Below are positions 27,160 to 42,215 of a stretch of 64,000 nucleotides of DNA, piece by piece. A model generated the notes under the pieces. That model made no database searches. It was given only the letters and a program-made list of their open reading frames with translations, and had not been told where the DNA came from. Location of the stretch: contig CM059431.1 of the NCBI GenBank assembly GCA_030390025.1, positions 155,560,001 to 155,624,000 on the forward strand, written 5' to 3'. The stretch is from Squalus acanthias. Its lineage: Eukaryota. Made by a program: the position numbers and the translations under genes. Each line of letters opens with the position of its first letter. The stretch's first letter is position 1.

Positions 27160-29960
27160 CACAAGCCTGAAGGCTTTGTGTCTAAATGCAAGGAACATTC
27201 GGAACAAGGTGGATGAATTAGCTGCAAGAATAGAAGTTAATGAATACGATTTGAATGGGATTACAGAAACATGGCTTCAGGGTGACCAAGGCTGGGAACT
27301 CAACATCCAGGGGTATTCAATATTTAGGAAAGATAGGCAAAAAAGAAAGTGAGGTGGGGTAGCTTTGCTGGTTAAAGAGGGGATTAACACAATTGAAAGG
27401 AAGGATATTAGCTCTAATGATGCGGAATCTGTATGGGTAGAACTGAGGAATAACAAGGGGCAGAAATCGTTAGTGGGAGTGGTATATAGAACTCCAAACA
27501 GTAATACGGAGTTGGGGACGGCATTAAAAGGGAAATTAGAGAAGCATGCAGTAAGGGCACAGCAGACATCATGGGTGACTTTAATTTACATGTAGATTGG
27601 GCTAACCAAATTAGTAAAAATACTGTGGAGCAGGAATTCCTAGAATGTTTACGGGATTTTTTTTGGAACAATATATCGAGGGCTCAACCAGAGATCATGC
27701 CATCTTAGACTGGGTATTATGTAACGAGAAAGGATTAATTAGCAATCTTGTTGTACGTTTCCCCTTGGGTCAGAGTGATCATAATATGATAGAATTCTTC
27801 ATTAGGATGGAGAGTGAATAGTTGAATCAGAGACTTGGGCCCTGAATTTAAATAAAGGGCACTATAATGGTATGAGGCGCGAATTGGGTCGGATTGATTC
27901 GGGAATTTCACTCAAAGGGTTGACGCTGGATAGGCAATGGCAAACATTCAAAAACTGCATGAATGAACTACAGAATTTGTTCATCCCAGGGTGGCATAAG
28001 ATAAAACAAAAAGGCGGACTCAACCGTGGCTAACAATGGAAATTAGGGACAGCATAAGATCCAAGGAGAGGGCTTTTAAATTGGCCAGAAAAAGCGGTAA
28101 ATCTGAAGATTGGGAGCAGTTTAGGATTCAACAAAGGAGGACAAAGGGATTAATTAAGAAGGGGAAAATAGAACAAGAAAGTAAGCTTTCAGGGAACATA
28201 AAAACTGACTGTAAGAGCTTTTATAGATATGTGAGGAGAAAAAGATTACTGAAATCAAGTGTAGGTCCCTTGCAGTCAGAAGCGGGGGAAGTTATAATGG
28301 GGAACAAAGAAATGTCAGACAAATTAAATGCATATTTTGTTTCTGTCTTCACAAAGGAGGACACAAATAACCTCCCAGCGATGTTGGAGAACATAGGGTC
28401 TGATGAAAGGGTGGAAGTGAAAGAAATAAGCATTTGTAGGGAAATGGTGTTAGGGAAATTGACGGGATTGAAGGCCGATAAATCCCCAGGGCCTGATAAT
28501 CTACATCCTAGGGTACCTAAGGAAGTGGCCCTAGAAATAGTAGATGCATTGCTGATCATCTTCAAACATTCGATGGAATCTGGAGCAGTACCCATGGATT
28601 GGAGGGAAGCTAATGTTACCCCACTATTCGAAAAGGGTGGTAGAGCGAAAGCAGGGAATTACAGACGGGTAAGCCTGACATCGGCAGTGGGGAAAATGCT
28701 AGAGTCCATTATAAAGGATGTAATAGCTGAGCACTTGAAAAACAGTGACACGACCGGACAAAGTCAACATGGATTTACAAAAGGTAAATCGTGCTTGACT
28801 AATCTACTGGAAATTTTTGAGGATGTAACTGGGAAAATATATAAAGGAGAACCAGTAGATGTGGTGTATTTGGACTTACAAAAGGCTTTCGATAAGGTCC
28901 CGCATAAGAGATAAGCGTGTAAATTAAGGCACATGGGATTGGGGCAAGGTATTGACTTGGATAGAGAACTGGTTGTCGGACAGAAAGCAGAGAGTAGGAA
29001 TTAATGGTTGTTTTTCCGAGTGGCAGGGAGTGATTCGTGGGGTACGGCAGGGATCGGTCCTTGGAACCCAGCTATTCACAATATACATTAATGATCTAGA
29101 TAAGGGGACTAAATGTACTATCTCCAAGTTTGCAGATGACACAAAGCTGGGTGGGCGTGTGAGCTGCGAGGAGGATACCGAGAAAATCCAGGATGATTTG
29201 GACAGATTGGGTGAGTGGGCAGAAGCGTGGCAGATGCAATATAACGTGGATAAATGCGAGGTTATCCACTTTGGTGTCAAAAAAAGAAAGGCAGACGATT
29301 ATCTGAATAGCAATAGTTTGGGAGAAGGGGAAGTGTAACGAGACCTGGTTGCCCTTGTGCACCAGTCGCTGAAGGTAAGCATGCAGGTGCAGCAAGCGGT
29401 GAAGCAGGCAAATGGTATGTTGGCCTTCATAGAGAAAGGGTTTGAGTATAGGAACAGGGATGTCCTGCTGCAGTTGTACAGGGCCTTGGTGAGACCACAC
29501 CTTGAGTACTGTGTGCAGTTTTGCTCGCCTTATCTGAGGAAGGATGTTATTGCCATGGAAGGAGTTCAGCGAAGATTCACAAGGCTGCTAGCTCGGATGG
29601 CAGGAATGACATATGAGGAGAGATTGGGACGATTGGGTTTATACTCGCTGAGTATAGAAGAATGAGAGGGGATCTCATCGAAACACATACAATTCTGACA
29701 GGTCTGGACAAACTAGATGCAGGAAGAATGTTCCCGATGGTAGGAGAGTCCAGAAACAGGTGTCATAATCTAAGGGTAAGGGGCAAGCCATTTCGGACAT
29801 AAATGAGGATGAATTTCTTCACCCAGAGAATGGTGAACGAGTGGAATTCTCTACCACAGAAGTTAGTTGAGGCCAAGTCATTAAATATATTCAAGAATGA
29901 GTTAGATATATTTCTTGAAGCTAAAGGTATCAGGGGATATGGGGAGAAGGCAGGTACAGG
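27160..29960 (+). pseudogene. CR1 ORF2: AP-like endonuclease and reverse transcriptase, disrupted
   Basis: ESVWVELRN, KSPGPD, NYRRVSLTS, QHGF, DLQKAFDKVPH, QGSVLG, FADDTKLG and VRPHLEYCVQF across ORF fragments. Confidence 0.93.
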
Positions 29961-30060
29961 GTACTGAGTTTGGATGTCAGCCATGATCTCGACGATTGGC
30001 GGAGCAGGCTCGAGGGGCCGAATGGGCTACTCCTACTCCTCTCTTCGATGTTTCTATGTT

Positions 30061-30660
30061 AGCAGCATTTTCCCAACAACAGATGTTAGGCTAACTTCTT
30101 TATAGTTTCCTTCTTTCTGCCTCCCTCTTTTCTTTAATAGGGGTGTTATTTTTAGCGTTTTTCAAAACCGCTGGTACCTCTCCAGAATCCAGGGAATTTT
30201 GGTATATTGCAACCAATGCATCCACTATCTCTGCAGCCACTTATTTTAAGACCCAGGGATGCAGGCCATCTGATCGAGGGAAATTAACGTCGTTCAGTCC
30301 CATTATTTTACCCAGCAATAATTCCCTAGTGATAGAGATTGTCTTTAGTTCCCCACTCCCTGGCCACTTGATTTTCCATTATTGGGATGTTGTTAGTGTC
30401 TTCTACAGTGAAGACAGATGTAAAATATTTGTTCAGTGTCTCTGCCATTTTCACGTTCCCCATTATTAATTCCCCAGTCTCATCCCCTAAGTGACCAACT
30501 TTTACTTTAGCTACACTCTTCCTTTTTATATACCTGTAGAAGCTCTTCCTATCTGTTTTAATGTTTCTTGCCAGCTTACTCTCATAATTCATCTTCTCTC
30601 TCTTTATTATTTTTTTAGTCATCCTTTGCTGGTTTTTGAATATTTCCAAAACCTCTGTCA
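30061..30660 (-). mobile_element. Continuation of the CR1 interrupted at 25852
   Basis: gcttccttactgaagaact + agcagcattttcccaacaacagatgttaggctaac rejoin to match the uninterrupted CR1 at ~1580-1635. Confidence 0.85.
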
Positions 30661-33600
30661 GCACATAGCTTGAAATATTAAATCGGGACCAAGAGGAAAA
30701 TGCTCCTACAGAAATTCTGCTCTGCACGGGCCCTGGTATTAGCCCTCTATACACAGTGAAAGACAATCTAACTCTACTTCTCCATGAAAAAGTAGCAGGT
30801 GGATTTGACAGCAGCGCATGGACCGGTGAGATTACTCTTTTTGATGAAATTATATATCCACCAGCATTTAAATTTAACCCAGTCATCCTCAAATAGTGTT
30901 TCGAATCTCTTCTCTTTCTGTTGTGCATTCCTACTTATCTGAGACTGTTAACTCATATCTACGCCGGTGAGGTAAATTACATTCTAAATGGTACAGAAAG
31001 TTTCAGACTTCACGTCGTGTCCCCATGACAAATTTTAGATTTAATCATGGTTCAACCACAGCTCTCCCTTTGCTTCCTTTTATAAACTTTCTATTACGTT
31101 GAAGTTCTGTTTAACTCACTCCCTCTAACAGCGGTCCTTAAAGCGACCGCTGCAGACCGCCACAAAAATGTGAGTTTAAAAAAAATAACTGAGCGTGTAG
31201 CCAATAATGTCAGGAGTATTCCTCTTGGCTGCACATTGAAGGCTCGGGCCATTGCCGGACAGTACTTGCGATTACCTCGCTCCCTCGCCCGGTCGTGTCA
31301 TCCCTCCTTCTAACAATCGAAGACGCCCTCTCCCTTCTAACGGCCCTCTCCGTCCTTCTATCGCTCACTCACCCTCCTCCCTATTCAATAACCCATCCTT
31401 CCCGATCACTTCCCGCTCTCCCAGTCGGCTTAAACGTGAGCGACGAAATTCAAATCATCATCGCCGCCAAGGTGCCTGGGGAAGCATTTGGCCGGTATAA
31501 TATAAACGAGATACGATGCCCAAATAACGCATGTGCCTCAGGCCTACAATTTACGGCACGGGGATAGATGCCGCCGGAATTGTTTTCCTGTAATGTTGTA
31601 AAATTGGTGAAAGCCAATCGGCAGTACTAGCGAATTAAGTCAATGTAAAATAAAATATGGCGAGATGTTAAAGACGCTGCCCATTCGCTTTAGAACTTTT
31701 TAAATTATCACACAGTCATAGCTCTCCCCCTGCCCAGTTACAGCCATTTGACGCGAACCAATTTCCTGAGCATTTTCGATAAATTGAGTGATTATGATAC
31801 AAACACTCACGCTGCAGGGAGGTAATGATGATGCATTATCTGCATATATTAACCATTTATTCTATTACACCAGAGTACAAATTAGAAGATCCATAAAAGC
31901 ATAAGCAGATAGGTAGATGTAAATGTAAACATCATGATAAATAATAGATAGATTTATAGTTAGAAAGACAGAGAGTTAATATATTCAGAATGATTATTAA
32001 TTATTTGATTTTACCTCTTGGTTTCAGGAATTATTTTAATGCAGTGGAAGAGATTTCTAACTACATCTACCAAATAATCGTCAGCTGTTGTAAATATTCC
32101 ATTTTTTCTGTTCACTTGTATTTCATAGTGAACGAAAATACTAGAGTTGGACCAATTGTATCGATAAATGTTGACTCTCAGCAATCCAACGATATGGAAA
32201 TGAACTAATTTAAGATCCTTTGGAACGTATCAGTGCAAATTTGCTTCAAAATGAGATATTCGCTCGGACAGAATATGAGGTATTATCTGACATAAAAGGA
32301 ACTGGACCTATCTTACCCTAGGGTAGAATTGACGAGACTTCTATTGTTTAAGTATAAGCAGTTTGTTAGACCGTTTATCGCCCATTCTTTTCAGAAGTAG
32401 GCACTATTCACTGCGCAATATTTATACGGGCCACCGCTCCCTTTGCGACCTTTTAAATGACGGAGAAGAATGATTGCTGAGATTTCACTCCCTTACCTAA
32501 TGTCCGCTCGGGTGCATCTCCGACACTAAATGTGTTAGATTTTCTCCCCGCAATCGCTGCAGAGGCCACTCTATGTATCAGACCCAGCACTGTACTGAAA
32601 GTGATATTTGGTCGACTTCATTACTTACCACCAACAGCTACTTCGTTATTCAGGAATATATGTTTCACAGGAAGATCTGTGATAGCACTGAAGATGTTTA
32701 GGAAGATCTATTTTACAGATCAGAACGCATTAATGCTCATTGATTTGTTTACCACAATAAAATTGAGAAAGCGCCAATTAGAATTCTATCCCTTATGTTG
32801 CCAGAATTAGTTTACGTTCTATTGACCCACTAACTGAATAATACTTTGGTCATTTCCCAACCCCCAAGTCCAAATACTTAGACTGCATCTACCTCCTCAC
32901 ATCCAAGCTCAACTCTTACCTTGAATATATAGCATTGCTGCCAATCAGAACTCTCGCGTTGTATTTGCATCCTCGCTTCTAGTGGTTAACTGTTGCACTG
33001 CATTTCAACGGACACTCCAATCTTCAATCCTATTCAGTTTCGCCCGCCATTTTTCCAATTTTCTTTCCGGTTCCATCTGTCTTGGCTCCGGAATTTGCCA
33101 CTCTTCATCTATTTAAACTGATATTTAGTCTGAAGCATTGGAAGCGAAATTTACCTATGCTCCCAGCTTTCCTGTGTCTCCGGGACAAACATTTATAGAT
33201 TATACATCAACTGTCCTGTTAATGTTTGTTCAGCGATTCCTACTACCACTTCTCAGAGCTGTCTCATCAGATATGTAGGACTTTATATTTAATAACTCTC
33301 TCATCCCGATTATACAATTGTTTGTGAACTTAAAGAGGAAAACAGCTTTTTGGAACATTTGGACACCAATTTTAAATAAGTCATCCTTTCAAACACCTTA
33401 TTGCATTTGTTGTTTTCGCTTTTGCTATTATAATAGGCATCACGATTTTTCGCTACCATATATGTCCTACCTACACCGTGGAGATTCTCAAGGTATCATG
33501 ATCAGTTCCTGCACTGGAATTGGAAATTTGCAGCTTGGCCAGCTCAGCAAACTAAAACTAAGACCTATTATACCTCATCATATCATTGATATAACCTTCC

Positions 33601-36054
33601 TTGTGCGTCCTTATTCCTCTATATCCTGCTTCGTTATCCCATCAGATGTATAGTACCAATATTCCCAATTGCAACCTGCATGTTTAGAACTTTATCTCGA
33701 TTTCTAGGCAAATTACCCCCTATTCAACTTTAGGGTTATCATTACTGCATATGCCGTTAATCCTGATAATTTCAGATCACTTTGCTCATCACGGTCAAAA
33801 AATCATAGCAAGATACAGCGCATAAGGAGGCCATTCTTCCCGTCTGGCTGTATGAAAGAGTTATCCAATTTGTACCATTCCAGCTGTCATGCCAGTTTGT
33901 TAAGTTTCTACCTGATGTAATGGCCAACAAACATCTGTAAAGTATATTGGGAAACAAAAAAACGTTGAACTTCTCCCGATGATTTAAGCTACTCGTACGT
34001 TAACTTTGCTGGGAACCGCGTGGAAATGTGTTTAATCGCAATACAACTGGGTGATTTAATGAAGACTTTGTTTTCAGCAAATTAGACAACTTTTGCGAAA
34101 GAATCGCAGAGAGGATGCTGCTAACCTCCTTCTCGATATTGTGGCACACAAAGGAGAGAGGGCAAAACGTATAATGGGTGACGAGTTTCAGAAACGGCAA
34201 AACATCAATCCAAAGCTGAAAGAACTATTGGAAGCAATACAGAGAACAGGTACAGCAAAATAGTTCACTGACATTAGATATGACTTTAAAAGCTACCCTT
34301 AGATATCAAATACATAGCAGACTGTAAAAGATAAATGCGAGGGGCTGATTTCCATAGGGGTAATCTAGTTAATTCGATATTTTATGATCACGACAATTAT
34401 TCATTTTGTTCTTGAAATGTGCAATAAATTTTCATAATAGCTTCAAAAGAAGGTTATTTCAGATGGAATGTAGGCACCAATCAGATATTTGATCTAACAC
34501 TAGTTCAAGAGAAAATATCGGGTTTTTTAATAAATGGCAGAGCTCATGCTTTTGACCATAATCAGTGCACTAGTATCAAATTTGCACTCGGCTAATATCA
34601 GATCACACTATTTGTTAGTAATATACAGAAAACATTTTATATTATGTTTTAAAGTTTCCAAATATAACAACCCTCCAGTGTAGGAGGATTGCTTTTATTC
34701 AAAAGCGTCTGTATCAATGACGAAGATACTCAAATGACGTAAAGGTTGTGGTTACTCTACATTGCTGTAAGGTCGTTTTCAATTGCAGAGTGCAAAGCCT
34801 AGGTTAGAGTAATACTTCCTGTTACCATTGCCACTCTGCTCCCTAACAGTTGATCAGTTTGAGGCATTCCTCTTTACATACAGTGCTATATTTCTTAAAG
34901 TTATTGTTTACTTTTCAAAAGAATTGACTGCATCTTCCGCAAACCAAAGCCAAAAAATTGCGAATCTAAATTTAGAAATTGACGAGATGCCACAAAACCC
35001 GTTTTCACGATGGACTGGAATTGTCCATCCATTCTGTAGTCCATTGTTTGCAATGCGTTCTAAATACAGATATTAGGAAATGCAGAAGAGGCTTGGGCTC
35101 TTTTCTATACAAAAAAAAGGCCCAAGGATGACATAATACAGGTTTTTATAGTCATGAGCCATTTCGGTAGGGCAGACGTAGAGAAGATGTTTCCAATTCT
35201 TGGGAGTCCAAATCCAGAGGCCACACATTTAAGATAGTCACGAATAAATCCGGTTATTTATATTTTCTAGGTTTATAACCTCTCTAAGTGTCTCTAGTTA
35301 ATCAATTAACTCCCTCCTATCTATGTTAAATGTCCTCATTGAATTTTCAATCTCTACTTGAATCGTCATGTCCACATAGTGAGTTTCATTGGTAAAAACT
35401 GAGGAAAAGTGTTGGCTAGTATGTTCTTGTTTTAAAACGGAATATAGGTCTCTTGAACTCTTTTGAACAAGTGTTTTAATATTTCACACTGAAGTACTAT
35501 CTCTGTGAAGTTTTTTTTACAGCTTACGCTCACTAGTTTTATCCTCATCCTCTCATGATTAGCTTTCTTCCAAGTAATTATTTCAGTTGTTCTCTTGCTT
35601 TTGATTCTCTCAGTCATTATCTTAAAACGTTTTACGTTGTGATCTATGCTGTTTGGATGCTCTCCTATATTTACTTCTCTTATCTTCCCATTACTAGATC
35701 CAGCAGTATTCCTCTTTGTTGGGTTTCTTATGTAAAGGATACGAAAGGGGTCCTGTACCCTGTAAAATCTCTATTTCCATTTTTCATTTCACGACCTCAC
35801 TTTGGCAGTTTATGGGGAGAGGGAGGCTGTTCGTTCAAATCTCCCGTGATTATTATTTTATACATATTGCTCATTTCATAGATCTGACTGAATATTTCTC
35901 CCTCCACTTCCCGTCCACTGTTCGGTGCTCTGCAGAATATCCGGTTAGCATAATTTATCGCATATTATATTTATTGTAATTATTACTACTTGCAGTAATA
36001 TAAATCAATAATGCTACCTTTTCAAAAGGAACTTGTCGAATTTCGCTGCAGATA

Positions 36055-37340
36055 CTGACCGAGATTTTGCGATGGGTTAGCGGGCGGAATCGTGGCAAGT
36101 CGGTTAGGAAAATGTTTTTTTTGGAAACGGATCGCGAATCCGCTGTCAACCTGCCACAACACGCCTTTCCCACATTCGGGTCTGTCATACGAGCAGACCC
36201 ACGCCTCGGGGGACCCAATTGAAATAATTAACGTTAACAGATGGTTAACAGGATTTCCTTTTACTTACTTTTTGACCTTAACTGCATGACCACGGGAAAC
36301 ACCCTGTTCGGGGACGACGTCTGTCAACCTGAGGCGTGAGTTCAGTGGCCATTGCTCCAGCTGATTATTTGCCAGCTTCAAATGTACAGTAAAGGATCCT
36401 AACTGTCAGATCATCACTTTCCTCAGTTAGAAGCTGTTGCTCAATCTATTTCCAGCGCAGATTCAGCAGGTTGCAGCCTTTTCAGTCTCCATCCACTCTC
36501 ATCTCATTGGCAGAACTCTGTCATCATTGACAGAATGCTCCTGTCATTTCTACTTCGCCTGCCAGCTGTAACTTCAACATGGGTGCCCTTTATACTGTCT
36601 CAACTTGGTCCTCAGAAACCGACGACGATCAGCCCCAAAAACTAGGAGCACCAGGCACACCAGCAGCACCAACTCCAACACCAACACTATCCTTTAGCAC
36701 CTGATGCTGCACAGGACCGATTGCATCAGCACGCGAGTACAGTGCTGCCTTGGAGGCCAGGGAAGGCCTCAGCATGGCCACAATTACTTCAATTGAGCCT
36801 GTGCACCCTCGCTGCCACTTGATGCACTTGATGCACTAGGTTGGCACCAACCCCACACTTACACCATAAAACATCCCTACAATGTCAAAACCATTATTTT
36901 CACACTTACTAGCATTGCGGGGGTACCGGAATGTCTCACCATTCACTGCAACTGAATAAGCCACTTCCAGTTTTGGACAAATAAACATTTCAATATTTGA
37001 CAGCACATTAACAGAAACTTTACATGATCAATGGATAAAATACCAACGTGGCTACCCTTGTCTGCTGTTATTTGGTATGATTTCATTTGGGAGAGCGTGA
37101 ATGTGAGGAGTGACTAGTAAATGGGGATGTGATAACGTAAATAGAGAGAGAGAGGGTTAGGTGGATGTGCAAGTTATGTTGGTGCGAGTAACATTGTCCA
37201 GGAGTAGGGTAGGGCAGACAAAATGATGGGTCAGTGATCAGAGGCACAGCAGGGTGAAGGCGAGTGTGGCTTTGTTCTAACGTTTGTTGATCTAATGGGA
37301 TCGTTGAACCGTTTTTGGCACTGCACCCATGACCTCCTGA
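36055..37340. mobile_element. Degenerate Harbinger-type element remnant
   Basis: Minus strand ~37285-37340 reads RRSWVQCQKRFND, a Myb/SANT-like motif. Left end GC-rich; boundaries approximate. Confidence 0.55.
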
Positions 37341-37444
37341 CGATATCTAGCCTATCCAATCCCGTCATAATCATGTACACCTCTATCAAATCACCCCTCA
37401 ACCTCCTTTGCTCTAATGAAAACAAATCCAGCTTCTCCAAACAG

Positions 37445-40400
37445 TCATTTACTCCCACAGTAGTGTTAGTGAGGGAGTACCAGGATTTTGATCCAACGAC
37501 GATGACGGATCTTCGATATACTTCCCTGTCAGAAGGTGTACGGCATGGAGGCGAACTTGGAGATGGTGTTGTTCCCATGCGCTTGCTGCCTTGTCTTTCT
37601 AGGTGGTAGAGGTCGCGGGTTTGGAAGGTGCACCCTAAGGAGCCTTGGCGAGTTGCTGCAGTGCATCAAGCGGGCTGCTTTGTCTGGATGATGTCGAGTT
37701 TCTTGAGTGTTGTTGATGCTGTATCATTCAGGCAAGTGGTGAGTATTCCATCACACTCTTTACTTCTGCCTTGTAGATGGTGGAAAGGCTTTGGGGAGTC
37801 AGGAGGTGAGACACACGCCGCAGAATACCCAGCCTCTGACCTGCTCATGTTGCCACAGCATTTATGTGGCTGGTCCAGTAAAATTTCTGTTCAAAGGTGA
37901 CCCCCAGGATATTGATGGTGGGGCACTCGGCGATGGTAATGCCGTTGAATGTCAAGGGGCGGTGGTTAGACTCTCGCTTGTTAGAAATAGTTATTGCCTG
38001 GCAGTTCTGTGCCGTCAACATTACCTGCCACTTATCAGCCCAAGCCTCAATGTCGTCCAGGTTTTGTTGCATGCCGGAATGGACTTCGTTATTATCTGAG
38101 GAGTTGCGAAAGGCATGGGAAATTGTGCAGTTATCAGCGAACATCTCCGTTCATTACGTTATGTTGCAGGGAAGCTCATTGATGATGCAGCTGAAGATGT
38201 CTGGGCCTAGAACACTGCCATGAGGAATTCATGCAGCGATGTCCTGGGGCTGTGATGATTGAACACCAAACACAACAAACATTTTCCTTTGTGCGAGGTA
38301 TAACTCTAGCCAGTGTACAGTTTTCCCCCGATTCCCATTGACTTCAGTTTTATCACGGTTCGTTGATGGCACACTCGGTCAAATGCTGCCTTGATATCAA
38401 GGGCAGTCACTCTCACCTCACCTCTGGAATACAGCTCCTTTGTCCATGTTTGGCCCAATGCTGTAACGTGATCTGTAGCCGAGTGTTCCTGGTGGAACCC
38501 AAATTGGGCTTCAGTGAACTGGTTATTAGTGATTAAGTGCCGCTTGATAGCACTCTCGACGACAGCTTCCATCACTTTGCTGATGATTGAGGTTAGACTG
38601 ATGTGGCGGTAATTAACCGGATTGGATTCGTCCTGCTTTTTTCGGACAGGACATACCTGGGCAGTTTTCCACATTGTGGGATAGATGCCAATTTTTTAGC
38701 TATACTGGAACTGCATGGCCAGAGGCGCGGCTAGTTTGGTAGCACAAGTCTTCGGCATGACAGCCGGGATGTTGTTGGATTCCATAGCTGTAACCAATGC
38801 GCTCAGCCGTTTATTTATATCACATGGAGTGAATCAAATTGTTTGAAGACAGTCTTCTGTGATGGCGGGCACCTTAGGAGTAGGCCGATCCGATATCGAT
38901 CATTTACTCGACACTTCTGACAGAAGACGGTTGTTTAAGCATTAACTTTGTCTTCTGCACTCAAGTGCTGGGGTCCCCCATAATTTGACGAAATGGGATA
39001 TGCATTGAGCCTCCTCCTCTCGTTAGTTGTTTAAGGGTCCAACTAAATTCTCGGCTGGATGTGGCAGCACTGCAGATCTTTGATCGGATCCGTTGATTGT
39101 GGGATCGCTGAGTCCTTTCTATAGGACGCTGTTTTTGCAGAGAACAGCACCATCCGCTGTATATGATCTACTTTGACCTCACAAAACCGTCAACCGTGAG
39201 AGATTATGGAGTGTCCTCCTCCAATTCATCTGCCCTCAAAATGTTGTCACCATACTCCACTTGTTCACGACGACATGCAAGCCGTGATCTTGACCAACGG
39301 ATCCACCACAGACCCAATTCAAGTACGGGTTCAAACAAGGCTTTGTCATCGCACAAACGCTCTTCTCGATCTTCCTGGCTGCAATGCTCCAACTCCCCCT
39401 CAGTAAGCTCCACGCTGGAGTTGAGCTAATCTACAGAACAAATGTGAAACTGTTCAACCTCCGTCGCCTCCAGTCCAGATCCAAGGTTTACCCAACCTCT
39501 GTCATCGAATTGCAGTATGCAGACGCCGCTTGCATCTGTGCACACTCTGAGGTTGAACTCTAATCCATCGTCATCACCTTCACTGTAGCGTACGAGAGCA
39601 TGGGCCTTACACTAAACATCCGTCACAAAAGGTCATCTACAAACCTGTCCCCCCCCCCACCCCGACACAGTACTGCTCCACGATTGTCAAAGTTAACCAC
39701 TTTCCATACCTCGAGAGCCTACTGTCAACAAGGGCAGACGTCGATGACAAAGTCCAACACCGCCTTCAGTGTGACAGTGCAGCCATCGGTCGCCTGAGGA
39801 AGAGAGTGCTTGAAGAACAGGACCTCAATCCCAAAACCAAGCTCATGGTCTACAGAGTAGTAGTGGTACCCGCCCTCCTGTAAGCTTCAGAGACATGGTC
39901 GATCTACAGCAGGCACCTCAAAGCACTGGTGAGCTACCAGCAACGCTTCCTCCGCATGATCCTGCAAATCCATTGGCAGGATAGGTGCAGAAACGTCAGT
40001 GTTCTCGCTCAGGCTAACATTCGCAGCATCAAAGCTTTTACCACTCTCGAGCAGTTCCAATCGACGTGCAACTTCGTCCACATGTTCGATACGATGCTCC
40101 AAAAGCAAGTGCTCTACTCGGAGCTCCGACACGGCAAGAGAGCCTCAGGTGAGCAGAGGAAACGCTTCAAGGACACCCTCAAACCCTCCTTGAATCACTG
40201 CAAACACCTCGAATCTCTTCACCAGGAGCAAGCAGAAGCCAAGCGCAAACAGCAGAAGGAGCACACATCAACCGAAGCACCCCACCCACCCGCCCCTTCA
40301 TTCACCATATACCCCACCTGTGACAGAAACTCTAGGTCCTGCATTGGAATCATCAGTCACCTGAGAACACATTATTAGTATGGAAGCAATTTTTCCTCGG

Positions 40401-41165
40401 TTTGCAGGGACTGCCTAAAAAATTTGTTTTTGTATCCATGCAGTCCTGTGTTGCAGCTTCTCCAGTTTGGCACCTCATTTTTTGGTACGCCTGGTGCGGC
40501 TCCCAGCATGCTCCTCTACACTCCTCATTGAACAGGCTTGATGGTAATCTTAGAGTGAGGGCTATGCCGGGCCATGAGGTTACAGATTGTGGTGGAATGC
40601 AATTCTGCTGCTGCTGATGGCCTCATGGAGGCCCAGTTTTGAGCTGCTCGATCTGTTCTGAATATATCCCATTTAGCACTGTGGTAGTGCTACACAACAC
40701 GATAGATGGCATCCTCAGTGTGAAGGGGGACTTCTTCTCCACAATGACTGCTGTGGTCACTGCTACCAATAATCTCATGGAGAGATGCATCTGTGACATG
40801 TAGCTTGGTGATGACAATTTCAAGCAGATCTTTCGCTCGTGTTGGTTCTGTCACCACCTGTCTGGCAGTTATGTCCTTCAAGACTCGGCCAGCTCAGTCA
40901 AGTTGGTGCTTTCGAGCCACTCTTGGTGATGGACATTGACGTTCCCCACCCATAGTACATTCTGTGCCCTTGTTACTCTCAGTGGTGTTCAACATGGAAC
41001 AGTACTGATTCATCAGTTGAGGTAGGGCGACAGGTGGTAATCAGCAGGAGGTTTTCTTGACCTGAATCCATGAGACTTGTTGTCCGGAATCAATTTTGGT
41101 GAGCCCCAGGACCATTCCTTCCCGACTGTGCTCCCTCCCCAGATGGGTCTGTCCTGCCGGTGGGA
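37445..41165 (-). mobile_element. CR1/Jockey-group non-LTR retrotransposon (distinct family), split by an RTE insertion
   Basis: ORFs WKTAQVCPV..NYRHISLTSIISKVME..QFGF..ALDIKAAFDRV and MFADNCT. The two halves are contiguous in the paralogous copy at ~54320-55160. Confidence 0.85.
39135..40420 (+). mobile_element. 5'-truncated RTE-clade LINE
   Basis: LFNLRRLQSRSK..VIELQYAD, MGLTLN, RFLRMILQIHWQD, RKRFKDTLK and a C-terminal PTCDR..ISHLRTH zinc-finger remnant. Absent from duplication copy B. Confidence 0.88.
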
Positions 41166-42215
41166 CAAGACGTGTAAGGACGGAGATTTCATTCGCTGAA
41201 GGAAATTGGTGAACCACATGACTTTCTACGACAATCCGATAGTTCCATGCTCACTGATATTAGCTTTTTATTTAATTAACTGATTTTAAATTCCCCAGCT
41301 CAAACTCAAGTCTCTGCATCATCAGTCCAGGTTTCTGGTTTACTAGTCCAGTAACGTAACCACTATGCTACTGATCCCGGTATTGAATGTATTGGTGACT
41401 ATCTTATGTTTATGATAATTGGACGCATTATCAGCAGTAGCACGTGCCATGGCCCACAGGTCATCATTGTGGGTGAAAATCAACATTTTAATTCGGTACA
41501 ATTGGTCCAGGGGATACCTGAGAACCACAGGTTCCTGCAATCTATCCTTAGTTAGAAGTGAAAGGGTAAACATTTTCGGAGCAACACATATCAAAATCAT
41601 CTTGGTTAGACCACACTTGAAGTACGGCGCACATTTCTGGTGCTCTTATTATAAGAAAGGTGTACAGATTCAACGGAGGTGGAGCAAGAATGATTTAGCA
41701 TGATATCAGAACTAAGAGGTTATACTGGAAACGAAAAGGCTAAGGGGTGACCTAATAGAAGTCTTTAAAATTATGAAGGATTTTATAGGGTAGACATAGC
41801 GAGTACGTTTCCACTTGTGAGCGTGAAGAAAATTGGGCATAGTAAATATAAAATAGGCATCAATAAATCGAGTACGCAATTCAGGAAGAATGTATTTACC
41901 CAAAGGTAGTAAGCAAGTGGAACGTGTTCCCCGAAGGATTATTCGATATGAATGGCATAGAGGCATTTAAGGGGAAGTTAGATACGCACATCAGGGAGAT
42001 AGATTTAGATGACGCGTGGTAACAGGACGCTCGTGTGGAGCATAAGCACCGGCATGGAGCCATTGCACTGAATGGCCTGTTTGTGTGCTGTAAATTCTAT
42101 GTAATTCTAAGGAATCATTGTCAGTGACAAAGGTATTTAACATAATGAAATCCTGCTAAAGGACTTTAAATCAGCGGCCCAATAACTACGATTGCGAGTG
42201 AGATAAAGTGTTATT

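Larger units (their letters stand above)
25853..30060 (+). mobile_element. Near full-length but inactivated CR1 LINE (5' UTR, ORF1, ORF2, 3' UTR)
   Basis: Contains ORF1 (zinc finger, coiled coil, esterase), APE and RT segments in order, and ends in gatgtttctatgtt. Multiple stops and frameshifts. Confidence 0.95.

Noticed and set aside
31990..32810. Acceptor-like ttggtttcag at ~32027 and ORF 32532-32810 as possible upstream exons
   Set aside because: No strong matching donor and no recognisable protein similarity.
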